DNA of 46,351 nucleotides from Alphaproteobacteria bacterium (GTDB lineage: Bacteria; Pseudomonadota; Alphaproteobacteria; DAOWDM01), in assembly GCA_030639035.1 (NCBI GenBank), contig DAOWDM010000191.1, positions 1-46,351 of the forward strand. The letters are read 5' to 3'. The position numbers and the translations under genes were made by a program. Position 1 is the first letter of the stretch. Each line of letters opens with the position of its first letter. This document shows positions 8,603 through 18,065 of the stretch, in pieces. The notes under the pieces are model-generated. The model saw only the letters and a program-made list of their open reading frames with translations. It was not told the DNA's origin and ran no database searches.

Positions 8603-9838
8603 TTACTGCCTGATGTCAATTACGGCTGCTCGGCGTAATTCTCTGAGATGTCGACGTGCTAGTAATTCTAGTCTTTCTGCGGTAATGCGGTTTTTTATTT
8701 GTTCTTTTGAGGGAAGCCCTGATGTTTTTGTTTTTCCACAAACCATAAATATTGCGTCTCCATGCTCCATTGGAACTATTTTACTGGAAACCTCAAGAGG
8801 AAGGTCTTTAATAGCCTCCATAATTACAGGAGGAAGATTTCTTTGTTTAATATCACCTATAGCCCCTGAATTCGGTAAGTTAAATTCTTTTGCCAATCCA
8901 TTGAATTTTTCACATGAGCCGTTTGTAGTAGCAGATTTTTGCATCAAAGCATTTCTATCAACAGAAATTTCAGCTTTGTTTGAAAGGAAAAGCTGGCTTA
9001 AAGTGTATATTGTGTCTCCTTGAGTGCTGGCAGCATCACGGCGTTTCCGTAAATACAGGATATAATATCCGTCTAGCATACGCACAGGTTTTGAAACATC
9101 TCCTGCTTTCATAAGAGCTAGAGTCTCGTCTAGTTCTTCTTCAAGCTGTCCTTGAAATACCCATTCTAAATCACCGCTTTTAGCTGCTGTAGCACTTTGT
9201 GAAAACTGACGAGCAAGCATTCTGAAAGATGCACCTTCTCGAATTTGTTCTATTAGTCTTTTAGACGATTCATATACTTCTTTGTCTCGGGATATATCTT
9301 CTACAGGCAAAAATATTTCCGAGACGAGCATTTTAGGCTTGCCTTGGCTTGCTTTTAGCTTTTCAAGCCGTTCTTCTATCTCGTCATTTCCTACCTGCAC
9401 AGAACGTTTTAAGGTGCGGTTTACAACTTTCCTCCATGCAATATCTGATTTTATTTGAGCTTCAAGAGTTTCTTGTTTAAGCCCTATTTGCTTGACGATT
9501 TGCCGTAATCTTCCTGCTGGTATTCTATTTTGCTTTTCAATAAGTGAGATTGTGCCTTCAATTTCAGCTTTGGAAATATCAAGATTTAGCCGTTCCATTT
9601 CCTGCATTTTAAGCTTTTCATCAATTAAAGCATTAAGAACCTGTATTTTAAGGCGTTTCCGTACTGCTGGCGTATCTTTCAAACCAGAAGTATTAATCAT
9701 TAAATGTATGCGGGCGTTTACATCATAACGTGAAATGACCTCGTCATTAACAATTGATGCTATGCTTAGCACTTGCTGTGCCGTTGCAGGAACAGCAAAA
9801 ACAATAATAAAAATAAATGTAAATAAAAATTTTCGCAT
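8603..9838 (-). CDS. surA: periplasmic chaperone / parvulin-type peptidyl-prolyl isomerase SurA
   Basis: A signal peptide starts at Met20 (MRKFLFTFIFIIVFAVPATA, ATG 9838). A SurA N-domain-like helical region is followed by a parvulin block (GDLEWVFQGQL...DVSKPVRMLDGYYILYL). It lies between lptD and rsmA, as in the canonical proteobacterial cluster. Confidence 0.8.
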   Translation of the reverse strand: MRKFLFTFIFIIVFAVPATAQQVLSIASIVNDEVISRYDVNARIHLMINTSGLKDTPAVRKRLKIQVLNALIDEKLKMQEMERLNLDISKAEIEGTISLIEKQNRIPAGRLRQIVKQIGLKQETLEAQIKSDIAWRKVVNRTLKRSVQVGNDEIEERLEKLKASQGKPKMLVSEIFLPVEDISRDKEVYESSKRLIEQIREGASFRMLARQFSQSATAAKSGDLEWVFQGQLEEELDETLALMKAGDVSKPVRMLDGYYILYLRKRRDAASTQGDTIYTLSQLFLSNKAEISVDRNALMQKSATTNGSCEKFNGLAKEFNLPNSGAIGDIKQRNLPPVIMEAIKDLPLEVSSKIVPMEHGDAIFMVCGKTKTSGLPSKEQIKNRITAERLELLARRHLRELRRAAVIDIRQ

Positions 9839-9894
9839 AGGTACTTCTTTAATTAAGGGAGATCCAATTTTTTCAAGATTCATACTATAGTGCA

Positions 9895-12030
9895 TTACAT
9901 CTTTTGTCTTCCTGTTTTGATTTGCCCAAGAGGTTTAAGAGTAATAGAGAACATTATTGAATAGCCTCCATTGTAATTACGGTCATGGGTATAATCTCTG
10001 TCAAGCGTTGTATCGAAACGGAAACATTCATTTTCATAAGCTGCAAAACCGCCCCAATTTATATTGCCTCCTCCGTTTGTGAGGTCATGTCGATTATATA
10101 TTCCTGTTGACCAATAACGAGAAACTTTTGAATTAATAGAAATTCCCAGCTCTTCTCTATCATCAAAATCTGTGTACTCTCTGTCGCTTGCATTAACAAA
10201 CATATAGTCGGAAGAAAGCTGAAAAACAGGAGGTCCTGCTGTGAGCATTACTTCGTTTCTTCTTGATTCAAGAGTAGTTCTATCAAGTCTGAATCTATAC
10301 ATTAATTCAAGTTCTTCGCTTGGGGAAGCAAAAATACGTCCTACATAATCAGAGGAACGTTTTTCAAGACCAGATTCATCAGGAAAAATACTGTCTTTCA
10401 AGAAACGGTAGCTTTGCCCAAGAAAAGCAGATGCTTGACCAAGTTTATGCCCGTAAACGCTCCATTTTAAGCCGTAATTTATTCTAGATCCTGCTTCAAT
10501 TCTATCAAATCCGACGAAATGGTTTTCACTTAAAACATTTGTGTCGTCAAACTCTAAATCACGGCTGTCTTCATTTGGTATTTTTTCAGAATTATTACCG
10601 TTTGGAGCAATAACTCCCATTATTATTGGTTCTATAACTTGACGGCTTGCTTCTTCTCTTCTAGCAAGGGGATATCTCCATTCCAATGAAAGCTGAGGGT
10701 GAACACGACCTATAAAACCGTCATATGTTGTCCCTTCTTCTCTTGATACGTTGTTTACGTAATAAGTATCTCCACGTACAGATGACGAAAGAGAATAAAC
10801 CTCACCATTAGGGCTTGTATAAGGTAAATGCCAGCCTGCTTTTATTGATGCTCTTTGGCTTCCGACCCCTTCTTTGCGTGTTAAAGCTGAACCGTTAGCA
10901 TCAAACGTCCAGTATCCGCCATGCTTTTGTGGCTCTCCAACAAAATTATAATCAATAATTGGAACAATCAAAGGAGTGTTTTCATCATCTACATCTTCTC
11001 GTAAGTCCTGAAAAGAATACCCTTGCATAACAGCATAGCTTCGTTTGTCAAAGCCTTCTATTTCACCATGAATAGTCAACCATGGAGAATCATCAGTATC
11101 TAAGTTATAACGTTTTAAGTATGTATCGTCAGAGCTTCTTTGAATTTGAGTTTTTACTCGCCATGTATTGTCTATGTCAAAATTTATGTTTGAGTTTATA
11201 TGGCTTTTAACTATGTCCTTGCTGTCTTTTGTAAGGCTGGTTTCAATATTTATTTCACCTTTATCGTATCTTCCCCTGTATTCACCAACGAAAACAGCAC
11301 CTTCATCAGAAGATATTATAGGGGATATAGTTATGTCTTTTTCAGGGGAAATATCCCAGAAATATGGTATTTGAGCAGAAGCTCCAAGGTTTTTTGTTCC
11401 GCCAAATTTAGGTGTTAAAAAACCGCTTCTGCGTTTGACGCTAGGGTCAGGGTGAGAAAGATAAGGCGTATAAAGGACAGGAATTCCCTTCATCTCAATC
11501 CATGCGTTACGGTAAATAATGTCTTTCGTTTCCTGATTATGAACTACATGAAAGGCCTTTATTTGCCACAAAGGTTCTTTTCCACAGCAAATATCACAGG
11601 TAGTATAAACAGCATTTTCCAGCTCGTTTTTATTGCCATTTTCTCTGATAGCAGAAGCCGCAGCCATTTTTGATTTATCGGTAAAAATAGTTCGAATGTT
11701 TTTTATTATGCCGTTTTTTAAATCATCGCTAAGTTCTAAATAATCAGCAAACATTACAAAGCCGTCTGGTTGAACAAGAATAACATTTCCAGAAGCAGTA
11801 ACCATATTTTCTTTCATATTATAGCTTATAGCATCAGATTTTAGAATGTTTCCTGACTGTATTATTTCTACCTTGCCACTAGCAGTAACTATGCTCAAAT
11901 CTCTGTTGTAAACCATTTCATCAGCAGTAAAAGCTACAGGTTCGTCCATTTCAGGCAGTAGGCTGTCTTTAGCAAAACAAGGCTGAACAATAAAACAACA
12001 AAGAATCGCAAGTAAAATCAAACGCATCAT
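9895..12030 (-). CDS. lptD: LPS-assembly outer membrane protein LptD (OstA)
   Basis: The start is placed at MMRLILLAILCCFIVQPCFA (ATG 12030), 5 nt after the upstream gene's stop. The longer ORF start at 12138 would overlap that gene. An OstA-type N-domain (ADEMVYNRDLSIVTASGKVEI..SGNILKSDAISYN) is followed by a large beta-barrel C-terminal region. Confidence 0.9.
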   Translation of the reverse strand: MMRLILLAILCCFIVQPCFAKDSLLPEMDEPVAFTADEMVYNRDLSIVTASGKVEIIQSGNILKSDAISYNMKENMVTASGNVILVQPDGFVMFADYLELSDDLKNGIIKNIRTIFTDKSKMAAASAIRENGNKNELENAVYTTCDICCGKEPLWQIKAFHVVHNQETKDIIYRNAWIEMKGIPVLYTPYLSHPDPSVKRRSGFLTPKFGGTKNLGASAQIPYFWDISPEKDITISPIISSDEGAVFVGEYRGRYDKGEINIETSLTKDSKDIVKSHINSNINFDIDNTWRVKTQIQRSSDDTYLKRYNLDTDDSPWLTIHGEIEGFDKRSYAVMQGYSFQDLREDVDDENTPLIVPIIDYNFVGEPQKHGGYWTFDANGSALTRKEGVGSQRASIKAGWHLPYTSPNGEVYSLSSSVRGDTYYVNNVSREEGTTYDGFIGRVHPQLSLEWRYPLARREEASRQVIEPIIMGVIAPNGNNSEKIPNEDSRDLEFDDTNVLSENHFVGFDRIEAGSRINYGLKWSVYGHKLGQASAFLGQSYRFLKDSIFPDESGLEKRSSDYVGRIFASPSEELELMYRFRLDRTTLESRRNEVMLTAGPPVFQLSSDYMFVNASDREYTDFDDREELGISINSKVSRYWSTGIYNRHDLTNGGGNINWGGFAAYENECFRFDTTLDRDYTHDRNYNGGYSIMFSITLKPLGQIKTGRQKM

Positions 12031-12034
12031 TTTT

Positions 12035-13183
12035 TCAGCATTTTCCTTTATTGCGAATAATTGAACGCCTTTGTGCTGAGGATAAATGCTCATCTTTTTT
12101 CCATTGAAAAGGTCGGAAAAGATACAAAAACGCAGCAATCAAAGGAATGAAAACGTTAATGTAAATCAAAGGTATCATAGAAAGATTTTTTGTAGCAATA
12201 TTTTCTGCACCAAGAGAGGCGGCCTGAACTATTACAACGGCTGCTATCGTGCCTATTACTCTTAACGTCTGCCCTTGCCTATTAAACGTGCCACTGAGAA
12301 GCCCTGCGATTCCTATCATGGCAAATACAATATTATAAAGCGGTAAAGTCAAACGTTTATGGGCTTCGACTCTAAAACGCCTGATGTCTACATCAAGAAA
12401 TTCAGGAGTTTTTTCCATTGTAAGTAAATTATTTAAAGTTCTTTCTCTGGCATCTTTAAATCGGTTTCCGCCAGAGTCCAATGTTCCAAAATCCATTGTA
12501 TAGCTGTCAAAATATAGAATCGAAAACTTGGAATCTTCGCCAGAAATTTCCTGACGGTTTCCGTTTGTCATATTAACGTGAGGTCCTTTGATTGTATAAA
12601 CGAGCCTTCCCCGCTCTGCCATCATTGTTACTTTTTTCTTAATATCACGACTGTCATGCACTAGAATTCCCAGCAATGTGCCGTCGCTTTCTCTTTTACG
12701 AATATAAACGGTAAGACCTTTGGCGACATGATTAAACTCGCCTTCCTGAAGAAGAAGATGGGATACATCGTGCTGTATAGTCCAACGCATTTCCCTGAAT
12801 TTTAAGACCGATTTAGGAACGATATCCAACGTAAATGCAAAGTTAAGCACCGTTAAAAGAACAGCCAGTAAAATCGCAGGAAAAGCTATATTCAATTGGC
12901 TCATTCCTGTGGCACGCATTACAACCAGCTCACGGTCGGTTATAAGCTTGTTATATACAAAAAGAACCACAGCAAAAATTGCAATCGGCATTATGATTAC
13001 AAGAAAACTAGGCAGTAAAAGCATAGTTAAGCTTATAAATGAAGTTACAGAAAGCCCTTTGTTGAGGATAAGCTCAACAAAACGCAACGACTGTGTCAGC
13101 CATATAAGCATAGACAGTGATGCTGTTACAATTACAACACCAAGCACAAGCTGTTTTAATATATATCGTGTTATTCCTAGCAT
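12035..13183 (-). CDS. LPS export ABC transporter permease, LptF/LptG family
   Basis: It has six-TM YjgP/YjgQ-type architecture with a periplasmic beta-jellyroll insert. The motif TDRELVVMRATGMS is present. It lies directly upstream of lptD. I cannot distinguish LptF from LptG without an alignment. Confidence 0.85.
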   Translation of the reverse strand: MLGITRYILKQLVLGVVIVTASLSMLIWLTQSLRFVELILNKGLSVTSFISLTMLLLPSFLVIIMPIAIFAVVLFVYNKLITDRELVVMRATGMSQLNIAFPAILLAVLLTVLNFAFTLDIVPKSVLKFREMRWTIQHDVSHLLLQEGEFNHVAKGLTVYIRKRESDGTLLGILVHDSRDIKKKVTMMAERGRLVYTIKGPHVNMTNGNRQEISGEDSKFSILYFDSYTMDFGTLDSGGNRFKDARERTLNNLLTMEKTPEFLDVDIRRFRVEAHKRLTLPLYNIVFAMIGIAGLLSGTFNRQGQTLRVIGTIAAVVIVQAASLGAENIATKNLSMIPLIYINVFIPLIAAFLYLFRPFQWKKDEHLSSAQRRSIIRNKGKC

Positions 13184-13260
13184 AAGGCAGATTATAAGGT
13201 TATGTGCAGGATAAAATACAGATAAATTTAATAAAATATAATATTAGAGTCTTTTTCTTT

Positions 13261-13343
13261 CGTCATGCCTGTAAATGTTACTTAATTCGATGACAGTTTT
13301 TATTAAAAGAGTCATCGAATTAAGTAACATCTACAAGAATGAC
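13261..13343. repeat. palindromic MITE-like element, type D (long perfect hairpin core)
   Basis: The termini are CGTCATGCCTG and CAAGAATGAC. The core is a perfect 20-bp stem, 13275-13294 (ATGTTACTTAATTCGATGAC) pairing with 13311-13330, around a 16-nt loop. It is followed by the GGTGGTGGTG tail also seen next to other copies. Confidence 0.7.
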
Positions 13344-13393
13344 ATGGTGGTGGTGCATGGAAATCGGTCAGACAGCAACACTATTGTATAACA

Positions 13394-14314
13394 TTACGGC
13401 TTTTTGTCTTCATTGTTTTTTTTTGATAAAGGGTGATGTTCTTTAATAAGATTTCTAAGTTTTTCATCTTGAATATGAGTGTAAATTTCTGTTGATGAAA
13501 TATCTGCATGTCCAAGCATTTGCTGAATGATTCGTAAATCTGCTCCACGTTCAAGAATATGGCTTGCGAAAGAGTGTCTGAAAACATGCGGTGAGATTTT
13601 ATCTACATCGATTTCTGTTTTAAACGCCAGTTTTTTCAGCATTTTGAAAAAACCGTCTCTAGTTAGGTGTCCTGTTTTTCCACGAGAAGGAAAAAGCCAG
13701 CGTGATTTTCTGCCTTTTTTTAAATATGTATTTCTGGTTGAAATATATTCTTTTATTGCGGTTCGTGCTGGAATACTTAGAGGTACGATTCTTTCTTTGT
13801 TGCCTTTGCCTCGTACTATTATTATAGATTTATCGCTTGCAACAGCTGACAAAGGAAGCCCTACAAGTTCAGATACTCTTATTCCGCTTGCGTAAAGAAG
13901 TTCTAAAATAGCGACCATTCTGATGCTTTTTTTCCCAGAGATTTCTTTTGCTATACCAATTAACTTCTGAACTTCGTCTACAGTTAGATATTTAGGCAGA
14001 GGCTTGTTAAAACTAGGGCTTTCTATCCCAGCAACAGGATTATCCTCTCTAATTCCTTCCGAGAAAAGAAATAAAAAGAACTCCCGAATCGCCGATAATC
14101 GTCTTAATTGTGTTTTAGAGGCTAAGTCTCGCTTTTTAAGATGAACTATATAGGAGCGAATATTTATATTTTCTGCATTTTCCAGTTTTTTTTTATTGGC
14201 AGCAAGAAAAGAGGAAAGGTCTTCTAAGTCGTGCTTGTATGCTTCTATTGTTCTTGGGCTTGAACCTCTTTCAGCTTCCATCATTTCTAGGAAACTATCT
14301 ATATATTTTTCCAT
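13394..14314 (-). CDS. xerD: site-specific tyrosine recombinase XerD
   Basis: The N-terminal SAM-like block is RTIEAYKHDLEDL. The catalytic residues are in context: ASGIRVSELVGL (Arg), HVFRHSFASH (HxxR) and LGHADISSTEIYTH (His, Tyr). Its placement next to aroK-aroB is a common alphaproteobacterial arrangement. Confidence 0.85.
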   Translation of the reverse strand: MEKYIDSFLEMMEAERGSSPRTIEAYKHDLEDLSSFLAANKKKLENAENINIRSYIVHLKKRDLASKTQLRRLSAIREFFLFLFSEGIREDNPVAGIESPSFNKPLPKYLTVDEVQKLIGIAKEISGKKSIRMVAILELLYASGIRVSELVGLPLSAVASDKSIIIVRGKGNKERIVPLSIPARTAIKEYISTRNTYLKKGRKSRWLFPSRGKTGHLTRDGFFKMLKKLAFKTEIDVDKISPHVFRHSFASHILERGADLRIIQQMLGHADISSTEIYTHIQDEKLRNLIKEHHPLSKKNNEDKKP

Positions 14315-14319
14315 GAAAA

Positions 14320-16101
14320 CTACAACTGTTTTGCTAAAATCAACTCTATAGCTAAAGCTCTTGCTTCTTTGTCAAACCCTGCTAAACGTAGGCTTTCCAA
14401 TGCTTGATGTGCCACTAAAGGAGCTACATTATGAGGAAAGTCATTTCCTAGAGTTATAAGAGAAAGAAGTGCCGTTTCTGCTTCTCTGCCTTCTTCTGAT
14501 GCAAGTTTTAACATATTCCAAATATTCGCAGATGGAACTTCTGTCTTATAGCGAATAGGAGTATCGGAAGTTTTAAGCCAGTCTTGATATCTAACTTTTG
14601 TGCCAAGAGCAGAAAATATATTAAGATAATTAGCTATAACAGTGTCTATTCTGCTTTTTGATATTTTTGATTTCATAAATATTTTTCTAAAATCATCAAA
14701 AGAATCTGAAGTAAGAAAGACTCTCCCCTCAGGTTCGCTTATTCTTAGCATTGCCCACTGTGTAGCAACGGCTATTCTTGCTTCTGCATTCAATCCGCTA
14801 TATCGCTGTGCAAGTTTATACCATTCTATTGCTTTATTGTATTCTCCTGTGTTTAGAAGGGCTTTTATTGCCCATTTGGAAAACCATACGACTTCACCAG
14901 AGACAGGCATTTGCATAATTTGCTCAGCATAAACTCTAGCTTGGGCAGCAAAAACATTATCTTCTTTTGCATATTTTAAAGCTCGGGAAATTATTTCAGC
15001 TTTAACAGATAACTCTTCTCTGGAGTTGGTTGTTTGGAACAGCAAAGCTCGTCCTTTATGGTCTCGATTTTCTTTTGCCCATGAAAGAGGTTTTTCTTTT
15101 TCTTCTATAGAAAAAGGGACGCTTTCATATAGCTTTTTTAAAATTGACGTATCCAAAGCTCCCATTGATTCGGCTTTTTCGGCTGCTATCAATTTCGCAT
15201 CTATATCATCAGTATTGCTTAAAGCTATTGAGCTTGAAATCCAAGGAATCCTAGAAGAAGTAACGTCCGCTGGGTATCTTTTGCCAGTTTTGTGCAGCAT
15301 TGAAATATGCAGAGCAGAAGGTCTTGACAAGCTTGCAGGAGAAAGTGTTTTTTGCCCTAGAATTAAATCAGCTAAATTGAGGAATTTTTTGTCTTTATCG
15401 TTTTGTTCATGTAGCAGAGTTACTCCAAAAGCAGCCTTTTCTTTGTCCTCTTCATTTAAATAGCAGAAAATGCGTAATTTTTGCCAGTATGAGTCATCAT
15501 AAACCCTGACATATTCAGATGCTTCGCTACATGCAGAAGCTTCATTTCCAGAAAGAAGCAGGCTGTTCATTTGTATCTGAACTTGTTTTTCAGATACTGC
15601 ATAAGATGGAATGAGTTTTAGTAAATCAAGAACCGCCTTATGCTCACCCATAGCAACAAGCAGTTTTATTCTTAACGGTAAAAGTTTGTTCTGTTGTGCA
15701 TCACTGCCTTTGGGAGATGTCGCAGACGTTACAAGTAAATTGTACATAAGTTTTCGCATTGCAAAAGAGCGAACAGAAATAGGAAGCTTTGGCAAAAGCT
15801 TGAGAACTAAATCTTTGTCCGAACCTTCCCACATATCGTCATTAAAGCCGTTAGCGTTTCTTTGTAGCCCTATTGTATCGAAATCAACAGGTTCAAGCTC
15901 ATCAACTTGAATCAAAGATATGGTGCTTTGTTTATCTAAGCTTTTTCTGCCAGATTTTTTTTTCGTAGCAGATATATTGTCAGGAATCAGCGACCTTGGG
16001 CTTGAATTTGCAAAGGCTTGTCCCATAATCTGAGAAATTAAACAGGCTGAAAAAACAACCGCAGTAAGCAGCTTAAAACAGATATTATTTAAATCTGCCA
16101 T
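14320..16101 (-). CDS. hypothetical exported helical-repeat protein
   Basis: This is a long ORF. The preferred start is MADLNNICFKLLTAVVFSACLISQIMGQAFA (ATG 16101), which gives a signal peptide. The rest is alpha-helical and repeat-like. I recognise no family. Confidence 0.6.
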   Translation of the reverse strand: MADLNNICFKLLTAVVFSACLISQIMGQAFANSSPRSLIPDNISATKKKSGRKSLDKQSTISLIQVDELEPVDFDTIGLQRNANGFNDDMWEGSDKDLVLKLLPKLPISVRSFAMRKLMYNLLVTSATSPKGSDAQQNKLLPLRIKLLVAMGEHKAVLDLLKLIPSYAVSEKQVQIQMNSLLLSGNEASACSEASEYVRVYDDSYWQKLRIFCYLNEEDKEKAAFGVTLLHEQNDKDKKFLNLADLILGQKTLSPASLSRPSALHISMLHKTGKRYPADVTSSRIPWISSSIALSNTDDIDAKLIAAEKAESMGALDTSILKKLYESVPFSIEEKEKPLSWAKENRDHKGRALLFQTTNSREELSVKAEIISRALKYAKEDNVFAAQARVYAEQIMQMPVSGEVVWFSKWAIKALLNTGEYNKAIEWYKLAQRYSGLNAEARIAVATQWAMLRISEPEGRVFLTSDSFDDFRKIFMKSKISKSRIDTVIANYLNIFSALGTKVRYQDWLKTSDTPIRYKTEVPSANIWNMLKLASEEGREAETALLSLITLGNDFPHNVAPLVAHQALESLRLAGFDKEARALAIELILAKQL

Positions 16102-16222
16102 TTGGAATGACCTCTTCATAAGTTGAAGAAGGAGCTGGCATATCCCAAGCAGCAAGGAAAAAACCAAGCCCTGCGATAATTAAAAGAGCAAAATACAGAA
16201 AAAAACGTGTTAGGGCTTTCAT
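16085..16222 (-). CDS. possible 45-aa single-pass membrane peptide (not in the ORF track)
   Basis: My hand translation gives MKALTRFFLYFALLIIAGLGFFLAAWDMPAPSSTYEEVIPNGRFK*. AAGGA lies 8 nt upstream of ATG 16222. The 3' end overlaps the ATG (16101) of the downstream exported protein by 17 nt in another frame. Confidence 0.3.
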   Translation of the reverse strand: MKALTRFFLYFALLIIAGLGFFLAAWDMPAPSSTYEEVIPNGRFK

Positions 16223-16373
16223 ATAAATATCCTTAAATGGTAGAAAAATATCCTATTATGATTAAAGAGTTGTTTGCAATGAATAGACCACAGTCTATAA
16301 TTTTTATTTATAGCTTTCAACTATGCTACTTGCATAAAGCTTCATAAATTATGAACAACAAGCGGAAAATCCA

Positions 16374-16898
16374 GTGCAAACAAATAAAATTATTCTTATC
16401 GGCTTAATGGGATGTGGAAAAACAAGCATAGGTCGCGTGTTGTCAAAAAGACTTGGGCTAACGTTTATTGATGCAGATAGTGAGATTGAAGCTGCAGCTG
16501 GCTGCTCAATTAGTGATATTTTTTCTTTATATGGAGAAAAAGCGTTTCGTGATGGAGAAAAACGTGTAATGGAACGCTTGCTTAAAGGTGATTCTTACGT
16601 TCTTGCGACAGGCGGAGGAGCTTTTCTTGACCAGAAAATCAGAGAACTCTGTAAAACAAATAGTATTTCTATATGGCTTAAAGCTGACATTGACCTTTTG
16701 GTTAAACGCACTTCAAGCTGGAAAGTTCGTCCTCTTTTAAAAAACGGAAATCCTCGTGAAATTATAGAGAATCTGATGGAAAAACGTTATCCTATATATT
16801 CAGAAGCAGATATTATAGTTGATACTTTTGATGAAACTTTGGAAAAAACAACAAATCGTATTCTTGATGCTTTGAAAAAACACATTGACGAATCTTGA
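16374..16898 (+). CDS. aroK: shikimate kinase
   Basis: It has the Walker A motif LIGLMGCGKTSIGR and the typical block FIDADSEIE, and the length is about 170 aa. The start is GTG. The aroB start abuts its stop. Confidence 0.9.
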   Translation: MQTNKIILIGLMGCGKTSIGRVLSKRLGLTFIDADSEIEAAAGCSISDIFSLYGEKAFRDGEKRVMERLLKGDSYVLATGGGAFLDQKIRELCKTNSISIWLKADIDLLVKRTSSWKVRPLLKNGNPREIIENLMEKRYPIYSEADIIVDTFDETLEKTTNRILDALKKHIDES

Positions 16899-18050
16899 GT
16901 GATTGATATGCCGAACTCTGATGATTTTGATTCTCTTTTAGTAAATCTTGACAGTCGAAGCTATGAAATCTTTGTCGGAATGGGGCTTGTTGACCAAGCA
17001 GGGAAAGTAATCCTGCCTGTTTTAAGGCAAAAAAGAGTTTTTATTGTTACAGATGAAAATGTTGCCAAATTATATCTTGAAAGATTCGAAAAATCTCTCG
17101 ATAAAGAAAACATAGCTCATAACAGCATTATTCTTCCAGCGGGTGAAAAAACAAAGTCATTTGATTTTTTAAATAAAATTCTTGATGCAATGTTTGAATC
17201 TCATTGTGAAAGAAGTACAACTGTAATAGCTCTTGGCGGTGGAGTTATCGGTGATATAACAGGCTTTGCGGCTTCTATTTTTATGCGTGGAATAGATTTT
17301 ATTCAAGTTCCGACTACTCTTTTATCTCAAGTTGACAGCTCTGTAGGAGGAAAAACAGGCATCAATACAAGGCATGGAAAAAACCTTGTTGGAAGTTTTT
17401 ATCAGCCTAAAATGGTGCTGACGGACATAGAAACCCTTGATACGCTTGATAAAAGACAGCTTCTTGCAGGTTTTGCAGAGGCTGCTAAATATGGGCTGAT
17501 AGATAACTTAAAGTTCTGGAGCTGGCTTGAAAAAAACGGTAAAAATGCACTTAACAGCGACAATGCTGAAAGGCATTCTTTAAGACGCTATATTGTTATG
17601 AAAAGCTGTACTGCAAAAGCAAAGATTGTAGAAAAAGACGAGCAGGAAAACGGAATTCGTGCTTTGCTTAACCTTGGACATACTTTTTCTCATGCTATAG
17701 AAATAGAAGCAGATTACAAAATTCTGCACGGAGAAGGCGTTGCCATAGGAATGGTTATGGCGTTTTCTCTTTCTGAAAAACTAGGCTATTGCTCAAGCGA
17801 TGACGTTATCAGAGTGAAAAAATTACTGGAATCTGTAGGACTACCAACAACCTTTCAAGATTTTGAGAAAAAAGACTGGAACGCAGACAATCTTTGTTAT
17901 CATATGAATCGAGACAAAAAAGTCAAAAATAGTAAAATAACGTTTGTTTTAGCAAAGGGAATCGGTCAAGCTTTTCTTAATTCTGAAGTGTCTTCTAATG
18001 ATGTTTTTGAAACTATTACAGCTTGTTCGGCAAAACTGAACAAACACTAA
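16899..18050 (+). CDS. aroB: 3-dehydroquinate synthase
   Basis: It has GGGVIGDITGFAAS, the nucleotide/metal-site blocks VPTTLLSQVDSSVGGKTGIN and HGEGVAIGM. The start is GTG 16899, immediately after the aroK TGA, or ATG 16908. Confidence 0.9.
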   Translation: MIDMPNSDDFDSLLVNLDSRSYEIFVGMGLVDQAGKVILPVLRQKRVFIVTDENVAKLYLERFEKSLDKENIAHNSIILPAGEKTKSFDFLNKILDAMFESHCERSTTVIALGGGVIGDITGFAASIFMRGIDFIQVPTTLLSQVDSSVGGKTGINTRHGKNLVGSFYQPKMVLTDIETLDTLDKRQLLAGFAEAAKYGLIDNLKFWSWLEKNGKNALNSDNAERHSLRRYIVMKSCTAKAKIVEKDEQENGIRALLNLGHTFSHAIEIEADYKILHGEGVAIGMVMAFSLSEKLGYCSSDDVIRVKKLLESVGLPTTFQDFEKKDWNADNLCYHMNRDKKVKNSKITFVLAKGIGQAFLNSEVSSNDVFETITACSAKLNKH

Positions 18051-18065
18051 CGGAAAGAACTAGCT

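Noticed and set aside
12031-12138. An upstream extension of the lptD ORF (MLRFCIFSDLF...) overlapping the 3' end of the LptF/G gene.
   Set aside because: The signal peptide begins at MMRLILLAILCCF (12030), immediately after the upstream stop. The extension has no signal-peptide character.
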